From positions 25,381,233 through 25,445,232 of the forward strand of contig OZ316892.1 in NCBI GenBank assembly GCA_973895155.1: DNA of 64,000 nucleotides. Reading direction: 5' to 3'. A program made the position numbers and the translations under genes. Under the pieces are notes generated by a model that saw only the letters and a list, made by a program, of their open reading frames with translations, ran no database searches and was not told where the DNA came from. Source of the DNA: Marsupella aquatica. Its lineage: Eukaryota > Plantae > Marchantiophyta. The number at the start of each line of letters is the position of its first letter. Position 1 is the stretch's first letter. Shown here in pieces: positions 13,228 through 25,574 of the stretch.

Positions 13228-14759
13228 CAATATAAGCGGAGAGACCATAGTAATTCAATCATGATTGATGTTGTGAGAAATTCTCCATGGGGAATCACTC
13301 CAAGCAAAATTCCTAAAACACCTAACCAAATGCTACCTATATTACTTTTGCCTTTTGGGTACGTATTGCACAAATGAGATAAAGAACTACCTCCATTTGT
13401 TTGCACATACTTCCAATTTTTTGTAGACTGATTTCCCAAGGGGAGATGCTACTACAAGTGATGACAACAAATGCACAATTGATGTGGGGGTAGCCAACCC
13501 TTTATTATCAGGATGGCAACATCATAGGTATGGGAGACTCCATCATCAATTTAATGGATTCCTTTGATAGGTAGCTTGAGACATTCATGCATGAGCTTGT
13601 TCCAGAGGATCACCACATCTGTTTGTACATAGGCCATTTTGGCCAGCAATTATCCACGACGTTATAGGGTGCTGAAGCCTGAACAATCCATCCTGGATTG
13701 CTGGCAATGGGTACTAGTTCACCTCAACAGGGGCTTGCCCTATTAAAGAATATCACTTGAGGACTTAGTTACAACACTGGACATGGACCAGATCATAAAA
13801 CAATTGCCACGGTATATCTTGATTTCTTAGTTTTTCATTTTTCTAAGTTCGTGGGGTTTTGCATTTGTGTATTTCTTGAGTTTCCTGTTTGTCCACCTCA
13901 TTTGCTTTTACCCGAGTGTACTTTGCTTGGTACTTTTCAGTAAATTGGTCCTTTCTCCGCTTTGGTAGGGGACATGGAGAGCAATCATCCAATGACGAAG
14001 TAGGGAACGAGGAAAGGGCGAAAGGTTGAAAGCTATGGTGCAAAAGCACCCTGAATTTTGGATTGACAGGAAGACTGTCTGTTTTTATCAACCAGGCCCG
14101 TGACCAAAGGGGGTTTGGTCACACTAGGCTGAACTATAAAGAGCAAGTATGAAATATATTTAGTTTACGACAAAAAACAGTGAAAAAAACAAAAGAAAGA
14201 AGTAAACATAAAAGACAAATTATTAAATGTTCCCCTCATCTCTTTCCTTTGCTTACGTGAGCTATCATGATCTTGCCTGAATATAAATACAATATACATC
14301 ATACAATACATTGTATTTTTTTTGGTCTCTTTCGAACAAGAGAAACTATATAAAATCCCAGTATTCCAGTATTACATTTCGTATGTAATTTTTACAAAAG
14401 TATCTTGGGGCTTTTTTGGCCCCACGACATAGCTGAACGTAGTTCAGCCCAAAAAGCGATCCCAGGGATGTCCTCGATTGGTGGTGGACCAACAATGAAG
14501 AAAGCTGGACATACGAAACAGTAATAAAAGTGCCCATCCCACGAGTGGACCGTCCTATAATTTTGGCAAAGCAAAATAAAACAATGGAAACTACGGTAGA
14601 CAAGTGGGGCACATAAGGTACACGCAGGAAGATGGACGTTCCAAAACAACATGAAAACCAAAACTAGAAAGTACTGCACAGTGTAGTGTGGTCATGGTTC
14701 AGGCCCCACTCGAGCATCCTTGCTACTTTTCACAATTTCGTTATTTTCCTTTGTACCAG

Positions 14760-15844
14760 TGATCCATGGACTTGCCCCCGTTGCCTGTCTCTCTATGAAT
14801 CTATCTAGAGAGACCTGCCCTTGATGGAGAGGATGGTTCTTTTGCGGCTAGGCAGGCTGCGTTACCCCCATCGGGAGGTGGTATGGGGGTGGCCTCGGCA
14901 GTGGACACTGCCCCTTGCGCGTTTCTTGGTAGTTGGGCGTAGGTGGCCCCTGCCCTAGTCTCACGCTTCATTGTGGACCTTCGGCCTATCCTCTCTGACT
15001 CGGTCATGGGAGTGGAGAACGGAGCTCTCCTTTTTCAGGTCCAGCTTTGTCATGCACGGTCATTATTGCCGGAGGACATGCAGAGCGTGGTCCCTGCTTT
15101 CGAGGGAGTTGTTATGGACAGCCCGGATCGAGTCCAACAGGTGATTTCTGATTGCATGCACCGACACACCCTTTCCAGCATGCTTTCTGAGGCACCCTCG
15201 GATTTGGTACGGGCACGTCTTTTATCCAGTTCGGCCGCTGGTTTGGGGGCTTGGCTATCGGCGAGTCCTCTTTGGGCCCCCTTTTGTATGAGTTCTTTTA
15301 TTTTTACGACATCCACGCGCCTTCGGTTGGGTCTTCCTCACCCTTGCCTCTTGGGTCAGCCCACTTGCATCTGTGGAGCGCCCCTTGATGGGCAAGGCAT
15401 TCACATTCTCAGGTGCGGTCATGGTAGTGAGAGGACTGCGACACACGACGACATTCGGGACGTGGTGGCGGCCATTGCCCGTGATTCTGGTTACCATGTC
15501 ATGATGGAGCAGAGACATGTGTTACCTCCACGGGATGGGGTTTCTGATCGTCGTCGAGCAGATTTGGTATTCTCTCGCGCTGGTGTTCGTGCCCTTGGGG
15601 ATGTCGTTGTTGCTGATCCGACTAGTGGGGCCAATGTGGCTTCGGCGGCTCATATACCAGGCCATGCCACCGCGAGGGCAGCTCGGCTGAAGGAGGAGGC
15701 CTATGTTGTGCGGTACCCCGGGGACCTCTTCTATCCATTTGCTGTGGAGGTCTTTGGGGCGCTACACCCATTCTTTGACCATTTTCTTCGCTCTTGCGCA
15801 GTTCAGTACGTCGAGCGGAGGCCCTATCCCCCTATGTCGGTCAT
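14760..15844 (+). pseudogene. 5'-truncated CRE-type (RT-RLE) non-LTR retrotransposon, left part
   Basis: RT thumb QAALPPSGGGMGV..AFLGSW, GAWL, RLRLG, CICG..H..C Zn knuckle, THD, RRADL..DV..K..Y and PFAVEVFG restriction-like endonuclease motifs. TAG stop at 14940-14942. Confidence 0.85.
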
Positions 15845-16481
15845 CTCAGGGGGGTCACTCTATGTAGGGCTCTACATCACGTGCGACATTTTAGGGTCTG
15901 GACCCCCTAACTTTTAAGTGAAATTTGTTTTTCCCCATTCCCTTACTTTCTGAAAAAGCTACCATTTTTTGAATTGTTTACCCCTATAAAACTTTATGGA
16001 AAGTTTTATGAAGATTTAAAAAATGCCTATTAAGAAAAGTAAAGTACCTCAATAGTGTAGAGCCAATTGTGCAAATTGATGCGCATTTCCAATACATTCA
16101 ATGAATTTACATCATGAAGTTGAATATCTTGTAATTGCATTCATCATCATCCAACTTGTAGTTTTCACTCTTGAATAGTGAAGCATGGTGGGTGCCAGAT
16201 ACTATGAATAGGTAACCGAACACCATAGGTTGCCTATTCAAGGCATTGGTACTCTACCTTGTTTCACAAACTCCTGCATGATGATGTCCACATAGAGACC
16301 TTCCTTCACAGACTCATGCATGATGATGTCCACATGATGGAGGGGAATTGAACCCCTGATTGAGCATAAATCTCAATTTGCCAATCCGCCATCCCCTACT
16401 CTACTCCCTCCCACTAACCCTACACATGCATCACATACACACACAACAAACTACTTTTAATAAACAATAGTCAATTATATA

Positions 16482-19400
16482 TCACAATTTACTCACACTT
16501 TGAATGTATGTAGTCAAAGCTTGCAAGTCACTTGCATCTAGTACATACACTCTATCAACTATCCCAGACTTCATTGTCAAGTTCACATTTGAAATTACCA
16601 TCTCAATATCAATCCATTGTCCATCTGTTGCATCATAAGTGAACAAAGTTTTGTTGTTGCCAGTAGATTTGTACCAATTACACTGCAAGCGGCACACACT
16701 TCCACTCTATCCAACTGCAGGTACAGGTCTGTCCAACAGATCTATTGCTTTCCGACGTCTGACCCAATGGGAGCCATTCTTCTGTATCATAAACTCAATC
16801 CTACCCAACCAATATTCCTTCTTTGCAGATGTTGCGTCAACAACAGGCCCTTTATCTATTCCCTTCCTCTTCTTTGACTTGGATGATCTGGTAGAAGGAC
16901 CAACCTCTGCAGCAGACTCAAACAAAACTGCTATATCAGTACCAATGTCAACCAAACAAGTCACAGAGTCACCATTTTCCTTCTCCTTACCAGTAGTGTA
17001 ATAGGTCTTCTGGGGTATCCTAGTTAGCCTATCCTTTGACATGAAAGGATTGCAGCACAATTGACTCACAAGAGTGGACTTGTAGATAGTCCTTCCCTCA
17101 TAAGTTACAGTAGACACTACTGACCGGGGTGTCTGCACATCAGTTAAGTCTGCTTGAACTCCAGCCAAGACATGCCTTACTTCATGTCCTAGTGTCTCCA
17201 TCTCACAAAATGGGTTAGTGTCCACCTCAATCGAACAATCTTCAACTGTTAGTGGCTCAATACAATCCTGACTGTCCAGAGTGTCCCATGAATCAATCCG
17301 ATTGAGATCTTCTTCAGGATCTTCAAACTCTAGAAACTCTCCAATTGGGGGCTCAGGTCTAGGGCCTACAGTAGATCGATGCTCAATTGTGTCTTCAGCA
17401 TCATCACATAACACAACCTCTTTCATGACACTTGTATCCGGCCAAGTCTCTGCCTCCACCTCCCAAGGATGAACCCACCATCGTCTTTTTGCTGCTGGCA
17501 AAGAACTCCTTGGTGACATGTTCAGCTTGCACAACAAATCCTTTGCTTCCTGCAAACCTTCCTTTAGAGCATCAATAAACAGCTCATTAGTCTGAACTGC
17601 AGAGTAATCAAATAAATTTGGAGCTTGTTCTCCTTCATCTAGAGGATGTAAAGTTGCCCAAACATGATCCTGTTTATCATGTGATCGACGTATCTTCAAT
17701 CCCTCTGGTCCATACTCTAATCCAGCTAGTCGATTCAGTCCCACTGCACTGTCCAGTAGAGATCCAAAGTCATAATTTCTCTCATGGCCACTCATGCCAC
17801 CTACCTTGCTGAAAAATATCTCACAACAATCTGATCCCAGCAAGTGAAATGGAACTTGCAGATATGGGAACTTGTCCCGAAAGGCACAGATTAACAATAC
17901 TACAAAATGACAAGACATGTTGATATCATGGAAAGCCTGCACAGAAATCATGTTCTTCTCTGTGATAGATCCAGCATTCCCTGTCATAGAATGATCACCA
18001 TACCTCAACCATAGCCTCCACAATCGGAAGAACCAAGATACCTTTGATGCCAAGACAACACGGGTTCTTAGGTCATGCTTAACAGAGAAGAAAATATCTA
18101 TGTAGTCTGCACAAACCTCCAAGTATATCATGGTCCCAAAGCTTCTGTCATGACAAACATCTCGTCGCTCATACATATGCTGCAGGCAGGCCTGCACTCT
18201 CCTGGAAGCTATTCGTTGTGGGCCAGCCCAATTTTGTCTATCTGTCCTATTCACATCATCCCAATGCAAACCATGCTCATGAATTGCATAATGGTTATAA
18301 ACAGATGTGACATATGACAAAGATGCATGCTGATCACCAAGAACTAACATAGCAGACACTCGGTCCAATGGGTTAATTGCCTTCTTGCCATTGTGAGGTG
18401 GGTCTTGGTTTCCAAAACCATATAGATCTCCATTTGGAAGTATGGACACTGAGTATTGCCACCCAACCCATCCTACACTGTACCTAGGAAAGGAACCATT
18501 CACAACAGTATAATCTTCCATCATCAATTTCCTACGACGAGCATCACCATCACTAGCATGGCCCAACAAAGGACCAACACTGTCTCTGCAATGTGTGTCC
18601 CACATGGACTTCAGCTGCACCCAATGCTCTCTTACCCAGGGAGCTCTAAACTTGTTACATGTTGGTAGAACACACAATGCCAATTTAGGCATCTTTGCAT
18701 GCAGAGGATTGACAATGATTACTCTAGCATACATGCCTTTGGCATACTGCTCAAAAGTACTTACAATCTTGTCATACCCTTCAGTACCTGCTCCAACCAG
18801 TACTTCCAAGCCAAAAGAACATGTGTGCTCTTCTAAGGGGCCACAGAAACCAATGAGGGTGTCATATTTAGCTTCCCATCTGTCACACACAATAGAATAC
18901 AGACATCAGTTCATGACATGCAAACTCACCCAACACATTCAAAAAAACAAGCTAATTTACTACAAAGACAAAAACACAAACCTGGGTCTCTCTTTGATCC
19001 TTGTTTCATCCTCAACAAACATTACTGGTACATCTCCTACAATTCCAAGTGACTGCTTTGATGCACACAGTACTCTGCACACCTCCTGGAATATCTCTTT
19101 TCGAATGCCAGCTCTAAAGGGTGGGAGTTTTGCTCTATCACGTTTCAAGGTCTTCAGACCTGGACCACCTAGGTTAGCCTGGAAACAATGAGCCACTTGT
19201 CTGCCTCCAAACTGAAACATGGCTTGGGAGAAGGCCATGGTTCTCTTACTATATCGATAACCCTTAGCAACTCTTTGCAAGTTCTTAGCTACATCTGTCA
19301 GGAAATCCCATAACCCTTCCTTGCCACCAAAAGCACCACATCTATGTCCATTCACAATATTTCTCAGAAACAGTCTTAAATCTTTCCTATCATGGGCTAC

Positions 19401-21077
19401 TCCTAATAAATCTTCTAGCTTCTTTCGCCTAACACTCAGGGCACAAATTTTCTGAGCCTGTTGTGCCAACAGCCAACGCTGTTTCCTAAAGCGAGTGGTG
19501 AGGTTACCAACATGTTCCCTCAGTTCGGTTTTGGTCAAGTATGCCAACCTCATCCCACCCTGTGTAGTCCTGTCTCCTCTCTGCACTAATGCTTCCGCTT
19601 CCCTGTGCACCCTGCCACGAAAATCATCTTCACGTTTTATAGAATCACATAGAGTGCAAGTGAGGTTTTGAAAACCACCTCCATTAATGGACACCCTGTG
19701 ACATTGCTTGTGCCTAAAACAACCCTGTATACCAACAACTAACTGACTAGTTACATTGAAAACCTCAGCACAGGTTGTACGGTCACAATCCCACACATTT
19801 CCTCCCTCTTGATCATCAAGTATGCCTTTCACAGCCATAGAATCCCCTGTCCACTTCACCTCTGACTCCCACAGGCCCCAACAAAGCAAACTTAAACTTG
19901 GCTCAATGGAGGAATACAACCCACCTCTGCCTGAACTGCTCCCTGCAGCAGAGCTGTCCTCTCTAAAGAAATTCAGAATAGAATTTTGAGATGGAAACAG
20001 ATTGCGAGCATCAGGCTTCCTTGGTCTCCCCTTCTTCCCTGCCCTTAGTGCAGCCTGGGTACTGGTGACAACGTTCTCAAGTGCATCCATATGATCCCGA
20101 CTGACAAGGTGTTGCCTTAAATTGTGTTCCAAATTGGATTTCTTAGGGCACATGTCAGTATGTAGCTTGCCACAGACTGTACATCTGACCTTAAACAGGA
20201 ATGACCTCTGTGCAAATGTTGGATCAGTGGGAGATGGTGTGATAGAGAACACTTCTACCACCCCACCTACATCTGCATTCAACTTTCCCACTATTTCCAC
20301 ACCAGCCCCTATTTGCATACTATGATCAAATAGTGGTTGCTGTATAGTGTCAGCAGCCGTCACCAAAGCTCCAGCTAAACCCCTTCGCTTACACCAGTTC
20401 TCCTTGTGTTTAGGGTTGGTCAGGTGCTTTGTCTTGAAGTTGCTAAAGCAATTTGCGATGGACTTGAGCACCTGTGAAGTGGCTGCATTCCCATAAGTCT
20501 CCCTACACTCTAAGCATTCTAGATGACCTCGACACTCCCCTCCCTCATCCCACGTCCGCACTTTCCACTTGTGCTCACCAAAGCCCTTCTGGTTTACCCA
20601 AGATCGTAGCTTCAACCACTCATCATTCCAGGCCTTTGATGCAGCCTCAGACATGAGGTGAGACTCAAAGGAGCCTGTGACAGGCTGTATAGTAGCCTGT
20701 ACTGGCACCCCTTGTGTTTGTCCTTGAGACAATGGAGTTGTGCCTGCCACATTGGACACAGTGGCAGCAGATGAATGAGAGGAACCAATAGTGACCCTCT
20801 CCGTAGGCAAGGCAACTAAGGGTAATTCTGCAATCACATAAATTGTCCCTTGAAGTTCAGTCACCCCAACAGTCTTCTCTGAAAAGCGCTGGACTCGACC
20901 AGGCAACCTCTCATCCCAAAAATCAAAGTCAAACTCTACTGCACCAACACATTTTAGACGAAAATCTGCCAGAGTCTGCCCTTCTTTGAAGGACATGACA
21001 CAGATTGGCGTATCAGGCTTTCCTCCCTCCTCACCCTTTTCTACCAATCTGACAGAGCTCATGCCTAGGTGTGCCAT
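16482..21077 (-). CDS. P-element-type DDE transposase (~1500 aa; exons 21077-18982 and 18879-16482; one in-frame TAG at 16707-16709)
   Basis: Frame-preserving GT-AG intron 18880-18981. Motifs FVEDET, HASDGD, QDPPH (D-x2-H), DRQN and GSDCCEIFFS in P-transposase order. Two C2H2-like Zn fingers N-terminally. DDE identity is solid; the superfamily call is by eye. Confidence 0.72.
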
Positions 21078-21497
21078 GATGGACAGTTATACAGGCTGTG
21101 AAAGTAAGGGAGATGGATTAGGTAGATGAACCTGTCATACAACAATGGACAGACATGGAAAAAGATCAGGACTCAAGTCAACCATTCACAATGTCATCTG
21201 AACACTCAATCTATTGTAGTCCATTTCAATTCATCAAAATTCCATTTTGTTCAACCAAATACTTAGGTCCCTTTCATTCATAGAAATACTTAAGTCCATA
21301 GCATTCAACCAAATACTTAAGTTCATATAATTTAGGTAGTCTTATGGTCCACTACAAAAAAGGTTGAAGTTTGTAAGATGGTGGAATTTGTAGCAGTCAT
21401 GATGTGTCTAGTCATGGGTACTAGGGATATCAGAACCCTCTGGAATGACATGGCGATTACAGTAAATCATGCGCCACTGTCCAATGTCCCAGGTGTC

Positions 21498-22103
21498 TCA
21501 GCCCCTCACCCCTCTCCTCAAGTGCCTGTCTGCTGTTGGTCCTTCATCACGACACCATGCACGAGGGCATCTACGACATTGGACAAAGTCCCAAATGCCC
21601 TCCCGATACTCCTTACAGACCTCACAGTAATGTCGTGGGCATATAAAAGCATCGGGATGTGCATCAGGGTTATCTGGATGGTGGGTGAATGGCATTTCCC
21701 CCAATCGCAGAAGTGTCCGGAGGCAACCCACATGGTAAAATGAGTAGCAATCATCATGAGAACACTGGACCACAAGGGGCTCGTCTGTGCTGGGTCTCAA
21801 GGTTCTGCCAAGGAGCCCACAACCAAAACATCTTCCTCTGTTTTGCTGACAGAGGTCACAGAGCCAAGCTGCAGCCCAATCATGACCTCTGGAAATGACA
21901 ATGCGCTGACATGCAGGTCCATGGCCATCTTCTTCATCAGGGTTGTGGCCATCAACTACATAATGAAAATGGCGACCACAAGGGCCATCACAGAACAAAA
22001 CAACTCCTCCCTTGTCACATTCAAAACAGCAAGGGGGATCCATACGAAGGTGCTCCCTATGCCCAAATCTTGGATCCAGCAACTGACGAGCGATGTGTGC
22101 CAT
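21498..22103 (-). CDS. EDM2/NSD-type multi-PHD zinc-finger protein (transposon cargo)
   Basis: CFECDKGG..FCDGPCGRHFH..C..WLCDLC..CFGC..QCSHDDCYSFYHVGC..FICPRHYCEVC..CRRCPRAW follows the Cys/His spacing of the EDM2/NSD PHD array. Splice acceptor 12 nt before the ATG. Confidence 0.78.
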   Translation of the reverse strand: MAHIARQLLDPRFGHREHLRMDPPCCFECDKGGVVLFCDGPCGRHFHYVVDGHNPDEEDGHGPACQRIVISRGHDWAAAWLCDLCQQNRGRCFGCGLLGRTLRPSTDEPLVVQCSHDDCYSFYHVGCLRTLLRLGEMPFTHHPDNPDAHPDAFICPRHYCEVCKEYREGIWDFVQCRRCPRAWCRDEGPTADRHLRRGVRG

Positions 22104-22271
22104 GCTGAACAAGATCTGCAAAATTACCTTCAAAAATTAGGGACAGGCATGTGATGTACCAGAAGGAGCAACAGTCCACCAGCAATCACAGCCAGTAGCC
22201 TCCACCAGGGGCATCACTTCCCTGTGGGCTCCTTTGATCCATCCTGCAATATGAGGAATGCAGATTAGAAG

Positions 22272-22709
22272 TCAGCAACTTGAATGTGCATCATCATCAC
22301 GGGCAGAACCTGGACGTGTCCCACCACAGACACAATCATTGATGAAATGACAAGTATTCCATGCTAGGCAACCGCCCCATGCCATTCTTGCCATGTACTG
22401 TGCAAAAGTCTGCACTATGTTTGAGTGACCTCCCCTACAACGATCACATGTTTGGGTGTGACAATGGAGACAAGCCTCCAGGAAGACACAGTCCTCGTCC
22501 AACACCCCAAGTGTCTGTTTAACTAGACGGATACTGTTTGGGACTAGTGGGGATGTATTCAGCCTCCTGTAATGGTGGTGAGGCAGACTTGGATAGCCCC
22601 AGGTCATAGCACAGTTTGCAGGCACGACCCCATTGTGAATCATCTTCACACGGAATCGCTCACCCTTCTGTTGATGGTACTCAGACAATGCACTGCGCGT
22701 CACAACCAT
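22272..22709 (-). CDS. Small Cys/His-rich ORF of unknown function (transposon cargo)
   Basis: 145-aa open frame with CLHCH..CDRC..C..CH..CVC, co-oriented with its neighbours. First ATG after a strong T8-GCAG acceptor at ~22839-22850. Confidence 0.45.
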   Translation of the reverse strand: MVVTRSALSEYHQQKGERFRVKMIHNGVVPANCAMTWGYPSLPHHHYRRLNTSPLVPNSIRLVKQTLGVLDEDCVFLEACLHCHTQTCDRCRGGHSNIVQTFAQYMARMAWGGCLAWNTCHFINDCVCGGTRPGSARDDDAHSSC

Positions 22710-22995
22710 CTTTAGTGCACCTAGATTGAGATTGTGCTCACTCCAACAAAATGACAAGGCCACAACAAACAGGGTACAGGGGCCGACCTTTGCTCGGACC
22801 CTAAACTACCCCACTTTCTGCCTTGCGCTAGAATGTTCCTGCAAAAAAAAGCAACTAATTTTTAAAAACCTACACACACCAAAGGAACTACACACTGCTC
22901 CAAGAACCAAACAACAAATCTGCAAAGAATTGCAGTAGACAAGCAACGCTTTATTAAATTGCTCCAAAACTGAGCAAGGTTACATTTACAGTAAG

Positions 22996-23463
22996 CTAAA
23001 CATATTTATGTTTTGGCATGATCAAGTTTACACTTCTCCAAACTACACCTGCCTTATCCTGTTTTATCTTTTCTACTTTTCTCTTAGCGCAGTCTACCTC
23101 AGACTCTACCTCAGTCAACATTAAGTTGAAAGGGCCTTCTTCCAGTAGGACTCCTGCTTTGAGGGATTCGCACATCCATTCAAATGAGACGACTTTCAAT
23201 GCCTGCTCTTGAATGAGGGAATTAACACCAGACCATGTCCACTTGGACATGACTGCTCTCCAAGAACCAGCAACAATGTGAGTGGTGTTGCTGGAAGCAA
23301 TAGTGCAAAACTGACCATGACGTTCAATTAGCTTTCTATGGAAAACTTCAAAACGGGCTCTTGAAAATTCATTTGGAACTAAGAAGGCATTCACACCCTG
23401 AAAAATTGGCTTCGAAACTGAACAGGGCAAAACCTTTGGTGCAGACTCATCTCTACGACCCAT
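22996..23463 (-). CDS. Stand-alone BRCT-domain protein resembling the Pol X (Pol lambda) BRCT
   Basis: IFQGVNAFLV..SRARFEVFHRKLIERHGQ..THIV..VVSFEWMCESLKAG: BRCT signature (THIV, W-x3-S) with a Pol lambda-like RAR segment. Confidence 0.75.
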   Translation of the reverse strand: MGRRDESAPKVLPCSVSKPIFQGVNAFLVPNEFSRARFEVFHRKLIERHGQFCTIASSNTTHIVAGSWRAVMSKWTWSGVNSLIQEQALKVVSFEWMCESLKAGVLLEEGPFNLMLTEVESEVDCAKRKVEKIKQDKAGVVWRSVNLIMPKHKYV

Positions 23464-25574
23464 GGCACAGTCAACCCTAAAGCTAAAGGCCCTGTTGTCC
23501 TCTGCAACAATGTGGAGCTTACTTGGATCCTAGCCTCCCCACAACTTCTGTAGTCGAATGAGAACCCAAACTCCTGCTCACCACCCAAGATTGAGTGAAT
23601 CTGCACATTCCACAGTGCACAATTAAAACATATCACTATTCTGTCTCTGTACATTCAAATCAGTCAGACAATTGAATAATACTGCACAACTTCAACTATA
23701 GTACATACACCAGACCATAACTGAAAAGAGGGGAGATCCACACCTGGAGTATGTTGTCTTCTGCACAACACTGATATAGAATACAACCCTAAACAACACG
23801 ATCCGAGACCCACGTACCACCAGTAAGTGAAGTCGCCCTACAAAGACAACAATGGAGCAAATAATTCAGAATGTAGCCCTTGCAGACAATAATGTTGACC
23901 TGCATTGTGACATCGTTCACAACAAGCTTCCTTCAATACTCCGAGAAGATTTAGACTCTGACTGTCTGTCTGTCTACTACCTCCGCAATTCTACCTTGAG
24001 GTCCTACGTTGAAGGCAACTCTGTGCATTCTGCTAAGCCAAGCTGCAACAAAACAAAACCAAAGAAGACTTTCATTCACTTTGGAACCCACAAAATGAGT
24101 CATTCATACATTAGAAACAAAAGCAATACAAAGAAAGACCTTTTCCAAAATTACTTTCAATCATCTGCCCGCTGCTGCCCGGCTGAAATTTCTGTACATT
24201 TGTGGGTGTGCCACGTCACTTCTAGGGTGCCCCAATTACTTACACGTGTACTTTCTTTTGATTGAAACAGAAAATCGTCGCTCTGCCTTTAAAGAAAGGA
24301 GGCGAAGAGTCACGTAGAGGACCGTACAAGATGCAACAAAGATTTGCCCCGCCCTCGTACGTAGCCATGAAGGAGGAAAGTGGTCTTACATTGTTACGTC
24401 GCAGCGAAGGAGACTGAAAGAGAGCCACAACAAAGGAGAACATAAAGCCCTCGATGTTCCCCTTTGTGTACTGAAACCTGCAATTTGCTGCCGATTGTCG
24501 AAGCTCAATCGAGTAAATTGCAACTCGGATTTCCATTTAGCTTCCTCTGTATGTGTTGCAGTTTCACTGCTAATCATTGAATGAGCTGCTCGAATTGGTG
24601 GGCTACTTCTTTGATTGTTTCAGGATGAAGAAGATTAGAAATGAGATGACTTTCATAGCTCATACCTGCTCTTTACGCTTCTGAATCTAGACATCCTGAG
24701 CCGGCTCTTGATTACTCATGTCGTATCCGTCAACCTATCGAGCTTCATGGATGAGAAAGTGTGTGAAAACCCCCCATGACAGTACATACTTCAGGCTCAC
24801 AATCATTCTATGGAACCGGTTGCCTTGAGGGTCTCCGAGCAAAGGCGGATGCTGGCAGCACTGTTTGTTCATTTTTCATACTCGTTTCTTTGTCAGTTTG
24901 CTTGTGCCGAGCTGCGGTTCCGTTCTGCCCCCACCCAGACTTGAGCTGCGGTTCCGTTCCATTCTGCCCCCACCCTATTGCAATTTTTGTCAACATTACG
25001 TCACAGCTTCCTATTTTGACCTCCGGTTCAGAAAATTTAGGGTCTGCATCCCTCATGGCTACCGCTAAGTCTGCGTCCCTTGTGGCTACCGCAGGGCCTG
25101 CGTTTTTGAGTTAAATCATTTTTCAAGCTCGATTTGGTGTTGATCTGTTCCTACTGTACCGAAACGACAAACATTTACGATGGATTATTGCCCAGACTTG
25201 CTTTGATCCCAGTGTGTCGTTCAATCAATCCCTGTTCCGTTCCCTTGTCATGGATTCTATTTTCAAAGTTAATTATCTGAAAGTTCCTTTATGCCCAATC
25301 GAAAGCACAGTCAGTGACAGAATTGAGCTTCATCGCATGTCCTTGTGCAATCATTAGTATTGAGCTTTGTTGCATGCCGTTGTGCAAGCTTCTCCTTCCT
25401 TACTCAATCGCAGTTCATCCCTTGTGACATGGGAGCTCTCCATTCATAATGGACGATTTCCAGAGTCCAGCCGTTGGAGCTCCATTCATGACGAACGACT
25501 TTCTAGAGTCCATCCGGAAGGAAGCAGATCATCTGGGTAGAGAATTGTGAGACATCGGAGCGAGGGAGTCTACA

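Noticed and set aside
14100-14127. Hairpin GTGACCAAA-GGGGG-TTTGGTCAC followed by CTAG as a Helitron 3' end
   Set aside because: CTAG is only 1 nt after the stem and is not followed by T; no 5' TC end or Rep/Hel sequence was found.
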